Source: a virus (lineage: Duplodnaviria > Caudoviricetes). From it: 35,376 nucleotides of DNA. Location of the stretch: positions 1-35,376 of IMG/VR virus record IMGVR_UViG_3300038315_001552; one strand, written 5' to 3'. Positions 1-7,366 of the stretch are shown piece by piece (the stretch's first letter is position 1; every line of letters begins with the position of its first letter). Under the pieces are notes generated by a model that did not search any database, was not told the DNA's origin, and saw nothing but the letters and a program-made list of their open reading frames with translations. The translations under genes were made by a program, and so were the position numbers.

Positions 1-62
1 GGCGCGCGCGAGCTGACCGCCGAGCCCCGCGGGCCGGTTTGTCATTTAGTAGAGGGTGGCGG

Positions 63-78
63 TGGTGGACAGGGCTGG
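63..78 (+). repeat. att core, left copy (duplicated tRNA-Tyr 3' end)
   Basis: TGGTGGACAGGGCTGG is identical to 35291-35306 and is the reverse complement of the tRNA 3' end CCAGCCCTGTCCACCA. Confidence 0.95.
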
Positions 79-113
79 TCTAGCGATTCCGTCTAAAATC
101 AGTGGCTTGCTGT

Positions 114-175
114 TGTCCAACCTACCCTAGCGACCCACGGAAACCCGCCGCTTCTCGCGCGGCGTTGTCCAACCT
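114..175 (+). repeat. Putative integrase arm-type sites TGTCCAACCT (114-123, 166-175)
   Basis: The same 10-mer recurs at 35217-35226 and 35242-35251, giving two copies each side of the core in reconstituted attP. Confidence 0.75.
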
Positions 176-337
176 TTTCGACCGCTCACGCATCACCATC
201 GACCTGGTCGCGGCGCTCATATTGCCGCGCATAATTCCGCATCTACCGGAACCGCTGATCACGCGCCCAGGTCGCAAAGAGCCCGACAAGCGAAAAACTG
301 CAGAACCCCGTTAGGCCTCTGGCGGAACAGGGTATGT

Positions 338-599
338 GCGGGAAACATATAACTTTCCTAACATCGCTTTGTTTTCAGTCACTTAGGATATAATATTTCT
401 ATAACATTTTTATAACCATATTATATTGTCAGAACGTAATTTCACCGAACCGAAAAACCCTGAAAAATCAGGCAGGTAACAAAAGCGGCTCGAAAAAGTT
501 ATATCAGGTAATGCCGCAAACCTAACATCGGGAACCGCAGAATTCTGCGCCTTTCGGGCCGGAAATCGGGCCAGGTAATAAATGTTATACGTTTCCCGC
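338..599. other. AT-rich repeat region, putative replication origin
   Basis: Strongly AT-rich non-coding tract. Bounded by a 15/16 inverted repeat (338-353 / 584-599). CCTAACATCG x2 (357, 521) and CAGGTAA x3 (473, 505, 572). Confidence 0.5.
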
Positions 600-640
600 G
601 ACCACCCCCTTCTGCCAGCATCAGCGGCGACCGGCCGGCT

Positions 641-697
641 TGCATAAATCACGCCGAAGAAGGCGAAGGCGTGGCGTGGGGGCGAGCGCGGCGCGCG
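641..697 (+). other. Putative cos site
   Basis: TGCATAAA...GGCGTGGCGTGGGGGCGAGCGCGGCGCGC resembles P2/186-type cos (GGCG[A/T]GGCGGGGAAAGCA.) and lies downstream of the portal gene as in P2. Confidence 0.6.
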
Positions 698-825
698 GGT
701 CGGAATTGGAGGGGCAGCAGCGCTTGATGCCGTGGTCGGTCGGCGCTGCGCCCTTGACCCTTCGGCGGTCGCGGGGTCAGGGTTGCTCTATGGTTCGCCG
801 CCGATCACCATCGCATTTAATACAA

Positions 826-1047
826 ATGCCGAACCCACTGCCCGATGGCTGGGTCGAACATGACGGCCGCAAAATGCCAGTCGAACCGGACAGCATGCCG
901 GCGGTCTGGTTTCGCAGCGGCCAGCGGATGCAAGCGGGATTGCGAACCGCGGCCAGTTGGGAAGGCTGGAAAGGTCGGGACACGGGCAGCTGCTGGATCT
1001 GGGAAAGCGATGCTTTTGACATCGTCGCTTTCTCGACCGATCCATGA
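826..1047 (+). CDS. Small phage hypothetical protein (73 aa, W..HDG..MPV...FRSG...W...DIVAF pattern)
   Basis: ATG at 826 after an AT-rich stretch. Trp-rich pattern of a kind common in small phage proteins. Confidence 0.6.
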   Translation: MPNPLPDGWVEHDGRKMPVEPDSMPAVWFRSGQRMQAGLRTAASWEGWKGRDTGSCWIWESDAFDIVAFSTDP

Positions 1048-1127
1048 AGCTACGCCTCGAGTTTGTCGCACTGCTCGCCCTTCAGATAGCCATGCTGGCT
1101 ATGGGCATTGCGCTGATCGCGTCGTAA
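1044..1127 (+). CDS. 27-aa single-pass hydrophobic peptide (MKLRLEFVALLALQIAMLAMGIALIAS)
   Basis: ATGA overlap with the upstream stop, then a basic N-terminus and a ~20-residue hydrophobic run. Below the ORF-track cutoff. Confidence 0.4.
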   Translation: MKLRLEFVALLALQIAMLAMGIALIAS

Positions 1128-1336
1128 GCGAAAACCTGCTTTCCTACATGCCAGCGGCTCTGCCAGCTGGGCGGCATGAAGACACCCGACATCCTGACCG
1201 CCGCGCTATTACGCCGCGCTGCAACTCACCCGCCGGCCGCCGCTACGACGCTGCGCCAGCTGGCCCGCGAAACCCGCTCTATTGCCGAGATCGGGCCGAC
1301 CATTCGGTATATGTAGCCCTGCAGAGGACGCACATG

Positions 1337-1370
1337 AAAAAGCCCCGCCGCCTGATCGGCGCGCGGAGCT
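1337..1370 (-). terminator. Intrinsic terminator downstream of the BstA-like gene
   Basis: Minus strand AGCTCCGCGCGCCGATCAGGCGGCGGGGCTTTTT: GC stem plus U tract, ~20 nt after the stop at 1392. Confidence 0.6.
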
Positions 1371-1391
1371 CTGATTTCGGAACCGACTTGA

Positions 1392-1826
1392 TTAAGCGGC
1401 TAGTCGGTCCAGGAGGCGCTTCACATACGGGACAGCGCGCTGATCCCGTTCCATGAAGTAATCAATCGCGCGCGTTGGCAGCCACACGGTCCGAAAATAC
1501 CATCGGAAGTCAGGAAGCAACCATTCCGGATAGGCCTTTGAAAGAATGGGTTTGCGCCCATCTTCGAAGACATAGATGTAGCTGGGCATCGCGTCAGTAT
1601 CGACGCCGTAGCGTTCGCGAAGAAAGCGGGCGAACATCTGCCCTGATGAGATGTCGGGCCAGCAGCGCTCGGGCGGGACGTATCCCATCGCTTCCAGCGG
1701 ACCGATCAAAAGCAAAGTCATCTCGCTTAGAACCGAGAAATGACCGGGCGGAACCTGTCCCTGGTTAGCGATGTATCGGCTCAAGTGGTAAGACGGCAGG
1801 CGACTGCCAGCGGAATTATCGATCAT
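1392..1826 (-). CDS. Stand-alone BstA-like / KilA-N-associated C-terminal domain protein (144 aa)
   Basis: Motifs VPPGHFSVLSEM, PDISSGQMF and YPEWLLPDFRWYF resemble the VP.GYFS..E / PDISVG / YP...L..FR pattern of BstA-type domains. SD-like GAGG upstream of ATG 1826. An alternative in-frame TTG lies at 1946. Confidence 0.6.
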   Translation of the reverse strand: MIDNSAGSRLPSYHLSRYIANQGQVPPGHFSVLSEMTLLLIGPLEAMGYVPPERCWPDISSGQMFARFLRERYGVDTDAMPSYIYVFEDGRKPILSKAYPEWLLPDFRWYFRTVWLPTRAIDYFMERDQRAVPYVKRLLDRLAA

Positions 1827-1880
1827 TGTTTTAGCCTCGTTAGGAGGGTTGAAAACCGCTCCCGATCGGGCTGATCGACC

Positions 1881-1909
1881 TTGACCGAAACCGCGACAAA
1901 ATGCATATC
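1881..1909 (+). promoter_or_regulatory. Putative sigma70 promoter TTGACC-N17-CATATC
   Basis: -35 at 1881-1886, 17-nt spacer, alphaproteobacterial-style -10 at 1904-1909. Points toward a terminator ~65 nt downstream. Confidence 0.5.
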
Positions 1910-1915
1910 GCGGGG

Positions 1916-1979
1916 TGCACAACGGAGGGCCGATCAGCCCTTTCAAGAGCCTCGTCGGAGCGATCCGGCGAGGCTTTTT
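1916..1979 (+). ncRNA. Putative antisense small RNA (~64 nt)
   Basis: Lies between the promoter above and a terminator, with no ORF. Antisense to the leader of the minus-strand gene. Confidence 0.45.
1948..1979 (+). terminator. Intrinsic terminator
   Basis: AGCCTCGTCGGA-GCGA-TCCGGCGAGGCT-TTTT: 12-bp stem, GNRA loop and U tract. Confidence 0.75.
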
Positions 1980-2126
1980 GTATAGTGAATCAGCATCGGG
2001 ATTCGAAGGCAGTCGGGAATGATTCGGCGGGGATAAGATGTGTTTGACCCCGCGTCGCCCCGCAGACTTCCTCGGTTTCGCCCCTCGGCCCTGCCCTAGT
2101 TTCCATGTGGAAGCCGGACGGCACCG

Positions 2127-3203
2127 TTAATCGTCATTGGTGATTCGCTTGCCTTCGGGCGTGATTTCGCTGCCATCGCTGCAGCTGTAATTGGCGAAGG
2201 CGAGGATCTCGCGATCGAAGAAGGCGTTCACCGCCAACAGCCGCTGCATCAGCGGGACGATTTCGATCTGGAAGAAGGCGTCAAGGGCTTCGCCGACCTT
2301 GCCAAAGCCGCCATTGTTTTGCGGGATGATGCCGATCAATTGCGGCGGGACGCGATGCGCGGCCAGCATGTCGTCGCGGCTGATGTTCTTCACCCCGCTG
2401 AATTCATCCTTCGCCGCGACATCGGCGATCGGGATGACCTGGACGCCATCTTTCTTGCCGCTGGGCATGTATAGGAACAGGTTCTTAAAATTGCCGACGC
2501 CCTTGGCTGACTTCATCGCCTTTTCGATCGCGTCGGCATCGTCCTGGCTGGCCAGCGCATCGCTGACATGCAGGATGAAGCCGGCATGCGCCCCGTTCTT
2601 GTAATAGCGGCGGCGGAACAGCGTGGCGCTTTCGTTCAACAGGCCCGACTGCAGCGCGGGCAGCCATTCGGGCAGGCCATAGACTTCCTGCGCGACATCG
2701 GGCTGCTGCAAATGGCAAATGCGCCCAGGCGCGAACTGATGTTCCTGGCCGATGCCTGCACCGACGAACCAATAGGCATTGCCTTCCTTCGGCGCCCGCA
2801 TGTGGCGCGCCGGCGCGAATTTGGCGCGCGCGCTGCCGCCGGCGCGGCTCGGCACGTCTTCAAGATAGGCGTTGCCCATGTGGAGGAAGTCCAGCGCGAA
2901 CCGCTCGAAATCCGCTTTTGACAGCATGGCGCTGGGCTTCATCGCACCGACCAGCAGGTTCACCTTCAGCGCGATCGCGCTGCGATGATGCGGCGCCATG
3001 TTGAACGTCTTCGCCAGCGTATGAAGCGGGACCGGCGGTTCGAACCAGCGGCCATTGTGGGTGATTTCGAACAGGTCGAACAGCGCGCTGCCATCCAAGA
3101 CGCTTTCGGGCTCGCCGAAGCTGTAGGCCATCGCTTTGGTCGCACCGCCAGCGGCAGCTGCGCCGCCTTCGGTTTCGGCGATCTGCAGGGCATTGTCTGG
3201 CAT
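2127..3203 (-). CDS. Q: Portal protein (P2 gpQ / PBSX family)
   Basis: EVYGLPEW, FRRRYYKNGAHAGFIL, KGVGNFKNLF and DMLAAHRVPPQLIGIIP. SD AAGGA before ATG 3203 (alternative start 3221). Confidence 0.95.
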   Translation of the reverse strand: MPDNALQIAETEGGAAAAGGATKAMAYSFGEPESVLDGSALFDLFEITHNGRWFEPPVPLHTLAKTFNMAPHHRSAIALKVNLLVGAMKPSAMLSKADFERFALDFLHMGNAYLEDVPSRAGGSARAKFAPARHMRAPKEGNAYWFVGAGIGQEHQFAPGRICHLQQPDVAQEVYGLPEWLPALQSGLLNESATLFRRRYYKNGAHAGFILHVSDALASQDDADAIEKAMKSAKGVGNFKNLFLYMPSGKKDGVQVIPIADVAAKDEFSGVKNISRDDMLAAHRVPPQLIGIIPQNNGGFGKVGEALDAFFQIEIVPLMQRLLAVNAFFDREILAFANYSCSDGSEITPEGKRITNDD

Positions 3204-3220
3204 CGGTCGGTTTCCTTTCA

Positions 3221-5101
3221 TCAGTCGGAAAAGACAACGCGCGCGCCGCCGCCTTCAGCGGCCGCCGCGATGTCAAGCGGTTCATTGGAAAAGGCATGGA
3301 GGAACGCCCAGGCAATATCGGCATGGCCGATCTGCCCGTTCCTGCTGGCGGTATAGGTCACGCCCTTGCCGCTGCCGGTCAGCGTCGGGCGGATGGCCAT
3401 GAAGGCCTGCATCACATCCGACCAGCCCTGGTCGAACTCGACACGGCCCTGGCGGAACAGCGACTGCCCCTTCAGGACCAGCGCGGTTTTGGTCGCGACC
3501 GAATATTCGATCGCGCGCACATTCGGGAACCACCGCTTGACCAATTCGAAGACCGCGCGGCCATGGCCGGTTGTATCGATCGAAATGTCGGTCACGTTGT
3601 AATGTGCAGCGACCCGCCGGATGAAGTCGGCCTGGCCCTGGAAGTCCAGGTCATTCAGGCGATATTTGTCCAGGCAGCGCAGCTTGTCGACGCCAGGCCG
3701 ATCGGGCGCGGCGACGATGCCCAGCGCCGCATCGTCGCGGCCTTGCTTGTTGGGATCATACCCCAGCCAGACCGGCTTGTCGGCGAACGGCCGCCCGCCT
3801 GGGATGTCCAGCTTCGCAGGGTCGAAATCGCGCCATGACAGGAAGCTGTCGACCCGCGCGGGCGCCAGGCGCGCCCAGGGAAAGCTGCTTTCGGCATCGT
3901 CGACGAATTCGCAGCCATACAGATTGCGGAATTCGTCTTCGCTCGATTCCGCGCGCAATTCCTCGACATCGACCAGCGCGCCCAGGCCGCCGGCGATGGC
4001 ATCGTCCAGCGTGACCACCTGGCACCAGCTGCCATCGGGCATGACCTTGCCGGCCGCCAGGTTCTTATGGCTGCAATCGAATTCGCGCTGTTTCGCCTTC
4101 GCCTTGCCGCGGTTCCATTCGGCGCCCGACCAGAAGTCGAAGGCTTCATGGGTTTTCGTGCTGGGCGTCGAAAAATAGGTCCGCTTGAAGATCTTATGCG
4201 TGGCCATGGCCGCCGCGACCTTGCGCAGCTGGGCGAAGCCATGGACCCAGAAGAATTCGTCGAAATAGAAGTCGCCGCTTTCGCCCTGGGCGGTATTGCT
4301 GTTGGTCGAAATCGGATAAAGCCCGACCTGGTCCAGCGCGATCGGCTCGCCATCGTCATTTTCCAGGCCGGAGAAATCCAGCATGATCGGGTCGCCGGCC
4401 AGGTCGACATCGCAGACCCGCTTCACCCAGCTGACAATCTCGCGCTTGAATTTCAGCGCCTGGCGCTTGCTGGCCGACAGGAAGATCTGGTTTCGCGGCT
4501 GTTCGCCGGCCAGCACCGCTTCGGCGATTTTCGCCACCGCTTCGCGGGCGAAATACCAGGTCGCGCCGATTTGGCGCGATTTCAGGATCTTGCGCGTCCG
4601 CTGGTCGCGCTGTTCCCACCAGGCCGCCTGATAGGCGAAATTCCGGTCATGGAAATCGCCCAGCAGCGCAGCCCACTGTTCCATGGTCAGGAAATTGCGG
4701 CGCTTCTCCTCGCGCTTTGCCTTTGCCGCGTCATCGTTCCGGCGCGCGATCTTCGGGTTCAGATCGCCTTCGCGCCCGCTTTCCTCGAATTTCCCGATGC
4801 GCGCGCTGCGCTCCATCTGGCGCATCAGGAAGTCGACGCGCTTCATGTCGCCTTCATTGAAATCGGGCTTGTCCAGGTAATTGGCGATCTTCGCTTCGAT
4901 GCGGTCTTCGATCACCTGGCGCGGGCTCGCGTCATCCCATCCGCCGCGGTTCTTCCAGCTAGCCAGCGTCTGATACTTGACGCCCAATTCGTCGGCGATC
5001 AATGACAGCAACCAACCCCGCCAATAGAGCGACCGCGCCTGGCGCTTCAGGAACGCGGCGGTCAATTCGGTCTGGCCATCGGAGGCGGGCAGCAAATGCA
5101 T
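3221..5101 (-). CDS. P: Terminase large (ATPase) subunit (P2 gpP)
   Basis: N-terminal ARSLYWRGW HTH, LKSRQIGATWYFAREA, FDEFFW, FSTPS, LGYDP and HADIAWA. Start placed at ATG 5101 from late-promoter spacing. Confidence 0.95.
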   Translation of the reverse strand: MHLLPASDGQTELTAAFLKRQARSLYWRGWLLSLIADELGVKYQTLASWKNRGGWDDASPRQVIEDRIEAKIANYLDKPDFNEGDMKRVDFLMRQMERSARIGKFEESGREGDLNPKIARRNDDAAKAKREEKRRNFLTMEQWAALLGDFHDRNFAYQAAWWEQRDQRTRKILKSRQIGATWYFAREAVAKIAEAVLAGEQPRNQIFLSASKRQALKFKREIVSWVKRVCDVDLAGDPIMLDFSGLENDDGEPIALDQVGLYPISTNSNTAQGESGDFYFDEFFWVHGFAQLRKVAAAMATHKIFKRTYFSTPSTKTHEAFDFWSGAEWNRGKAKAKQREFDCSHKNLAAGKVMPDGSWCQVVTLDDAIAGGLGALVDVEELRAESSEDEFRNLYGCEFVDDAESSFPWARLAPARVDSFLSWRDFDPAKLDIPGGRPFADKPVWLGYDPNKQGRDDAALGIVAAPDRPGVDKLRCLDKYRLNDLDFQGQADFIRRVAAHYNVTDISIDTTGHGRAVFELVKRWFPNVRAIEYSVATKTALVLKGQSLFRQGRVEFDQGWSDVMQAFMAIRPTLTGSGKGVTYTASRNGQIGHADIAWAFLHAFSNEPLDIAAAAEGGGARVVFSD

Positions 5102-5149
5102 GGCGTTGCCATGCACCCGCGAACCGGCGGTCTGGCTATCGGCTTTGAT

Positions 5150-5168
5150 GGTGGAACCGGAATTGACC
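5150..5168 (-). promoter_or_regulatory. Putative late-activator (Ogr) box upstream of terminase
   Basis: Minus strand GGTCAAT-N5-TTCCACC, 48 nt before ATG 5101. Same geometry as the boxes at 10158 and 18443. Confidence 0.55.
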
Positions 5169-5268
5169 CGCGCCGCGCATTGCGGATGGCGGAACAAATG
5201 CGCCCTTAGTGGCTCCGACACAACGCGCCCGAACGGGCAACCCGCGCTGACCCTGGAGCCTTAACGCC

Positions 5269-6105
5269 ATGAAGACCAAACGTTTCCTGCTCGCCACCGC
5301 CGGTTCGACCGTCGACGGCCGCAACATCGACGCGAACATGCTGACCGAAATGGCCGAAGGCTATGACCCGAAGACCTATTCGGCGCGGCTCAACATCGAA
5401 CACATCCGCGGCTTCAGCGGCGAAAAGCCCTTCCGCGCCTTCGGCGATGTTCTCACGCTCGAAACCGAAGACGTCGATGTCAATTTCCACGGCAAGACCG
5501 AAAAGCGCCTGGGCCTTTTCGGCACCTTCGATGTCACCGAAGACGCGAAGAAGCTGAATTCCGAAGGCCAGAAGGTCTTTCCGTCGATCGAAATCGAACC
5601 GAATTTCGGCGGCAAGGGCAAAGCCTATCTGATGGGCGTGGCCCTGACCGACAGCCCCGCATCGATCGCCACCCAGCGCCTTGAATTCTCGCGGTCGCAG
5701 CCTGGCTGGCTGACCGTCGGCACCGACGACAAGACGATGGCTTTCGGGCTCGAATTCGAAGGCGAAGATGGAAAGACCACCGAAGCCGCCGATGGCTTCC
5801 TGGCGAAATTCTCGGCCATGCTCGATGCGAAATTCGGCAAGACCGAAGACAAGCCCGAACCGAAGAAGGAAGACGAAAGCGGCGCGCTCGATTTCGCGCA
5901 GCTGCAGCCGCTGTTCGCCGACCTGGGCAAGAGCTTCAGCGATGAAATCGCCGCCTTCCGCCAGGAAGCTGCGACCCGCGATGACGAAATCGACCTGCGC
6001 TTCAAGGCGCTGGAAGACAAGCTGCAGGCAACGCCCGCCGAAGGCTATTCGCAGCGACCGGCGGCCGCCGGCGCGAACGGCAACCAGGAAATGACCGACT
6101 GCTGA
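5269..6105 (+). CDS. O: Capsid scaffolding protein/protease (P2 gpO)
   Basis: ATAGSTVDGRNI, YDPKTYSARLNIEH, YLMGVALTDSPASIAT and C-terminal TDC. Divergent from terminase. Confidence 0.95.
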   Translation: MKTKRFLLATAGSTVDGRNIDANMLTEMAEGYDPKTYSARLNIEHIRGFSGEKPFRAFGDVLTLETEDVDVNFHGKTEKRLGLFGTFDVTEDAKKLNSEGQKVFPSIEIEPNFGGKGKAYLMGVALTDSPASIATQRLEFSRSQPGWLTVGTDDKTMAFGLEFEGEDGKTTEAADGFLAKFSAMLDAKFGKTEDKPEPKKEDESGALDFAQLQPLFADLGKSFSDEIAAFRQEAATRDDEIDLRFKALEDKLQATPAEGYSQRPAAAGANGNQEMTDC

Positions 6106-6178
6106 TCGCCCTTTCCATCCACCCCTGAATTTCCACCACGGCAAAGCCCCGCACCGCTTCGCTAAGGACACCATACCC

Positions 6179-7258
6179 ATGAAAACCGCAACCCGCGCCC
6201 TTTTCGCCGCCTATGTCAGCCAGATCGCCCTGGTCAACGGCATCAGCGTCGAAGACGCGAAGACGAAATTCAACGTCTCGCCGAACGTCGAACAGAAGCT
6301 GGAAGACCGCATCCGCAATTCCAGCGAATTCCTGCAGCTAATCAACGTCATCCCTGTCACCGAACAGGAAGGCGCGGTCCTGGGCGTCGGCATCACCGGC
6401 ACCACGGCCGGCCGCACCGACACCAGCGGCGGCGCGCGCCGCGATCCGGCCGCTGTCGGCAATCCCGACGAAAAGCACCGCTACCTGTGCAAGAAGACCA
6501 ATTTCGACTGGGCCATGCGCTATGCGCTGGTCGATGCCTGGCGCCACCGCCCCGATTTCCAGACCAAGATGCGCGACAGCATCCTGGAAACCCAGGCGCT
6601 CGACCGCATCCTGATCGGCTTCAACGGCACCAGCGCGGCCGCCACCACCGACCGCAACGCCAACCCGCTGCTGCAGGACGTCAATGAAGGCTGGCTGCAC
6701 AAGATCCGCACCGACGCGCCCGAACAGGTCATGGACCAGGGCTTCGACGCTGCCGGCATCTATGTGAAGAATGGCGTCGAACTCTATGACGAAAGCGCAG
6801 GCAATGGCGCCATCGCGAAGGCCGACTATTCCTCGCTCGACGCGCTGGTTCTCGACGCGAAGCGCGGCATCCATGAACGTCACCGCGGCGACACCGACCT
6901 TGTCGTCATCGTCGGCCATGACCTCATGGATGACAAGTATTTCAACATCGCCCAGCAGACCGGCAACACGGCGACCGAACAGGAAGCGACCGATCGCATC
7001 CTGAAGTCGACCAAGACGATCGGCGGCCTTCCGGCCTATCGCGTCAGCGGCTTTCCCGCCAACGCCATCCTGATCACCAAGCTGTCGAACCTGTCGATCT
7101 ACTGGCAGGAAGAAACCCGCCGGCGTCACCTGAAGGATGAACCGGAATTCGACCGCATCGCCAACTATGAATCGGTCAACGAAGCCTATGTCATCGAAGA
7201 ATACGAACTGGCTGTCCTGGTCGAAAACATCGTCAACGGCGAAAAGCCGGGCGCCTAA
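6179..7258 (+). CDS. N: Major capsid protein (P2 gpN)
   Basis: FNVSPNVEQKLE, ALDRILIGFNG, NPLLQDVNEGWL, SNLSIYWQ and YESVNEAYVIE. Confidence 0.97.
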   Translation: MKTATRALFAAYVSQIALVNGISVEDAKTKFNVSPNVEQKLEDRIRNSSEFLQLINVIPVTEQEGAVLGVGITGTTAGRTDTSGGARRDPAAVGNPDEKHRYLCKKTNFDWAMRYALVDAWRHRPDFQTKMRDSILETQALDRILIGFNGTSAAATTDRNANPLLQDVNEGWLHKIRTDAPEQVMDQGFDAAGIYVKNGVELYDESAGNGAIAKADYSSLDALVLDAKRGIHERHRGDTDLVVIVGHDLMDDKYFNIAQQTGNTATEQEATDRILKSTKTIGGLPAYRVSGFPANAILITKLSNLSIYWQEETRRRHLKDEPEFDRIANYESVNEAYVIEEYELAVLVENIVNGEKPGA

Positions 7259-7366
7259 CCGATGCGCTGGGCGGGGCTGATGCCCCGCCCGCTTCGACGG
7301 TCGGCGGCGCGGCTCAACTCCACCGCGCCGCCGCCATCCAACCGATCAAGAGGAAGTCCCCGCACC

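Noticed and set aside
102-652. ORFs 102-314(+) and 410-652(-)
   Set aside because: They overlap att arm sites and the AT-rich repeat region, and have atypical composition and no SD, so they are more likely non-coding.
782-796. Alphaproteobacterial LexA box (GTTC-N7-GTTC) upstream of ORF 826
   Set aside because: The sequence is GTTG-N7-GTTC, a mismatch in a short motif and too weak to call.
5102-5221. N-terminal extension of terminase from the ORF track (start 5221)
   Set aside because: It overlaps the divergent late-promoter region. ATG 5101 fits the P2 gpP N-terminus and the promoter spacing.
6153-6164. ACCGCTTCGCTA (reverse complement TAGCGAAGCGGT) before the capsid gene as an eighth motif copy
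   Set aside because: The inner core matches copy 4, but the outer CT/AG stem and 6-nt loop consensus are missing. At best a degenerate copy.
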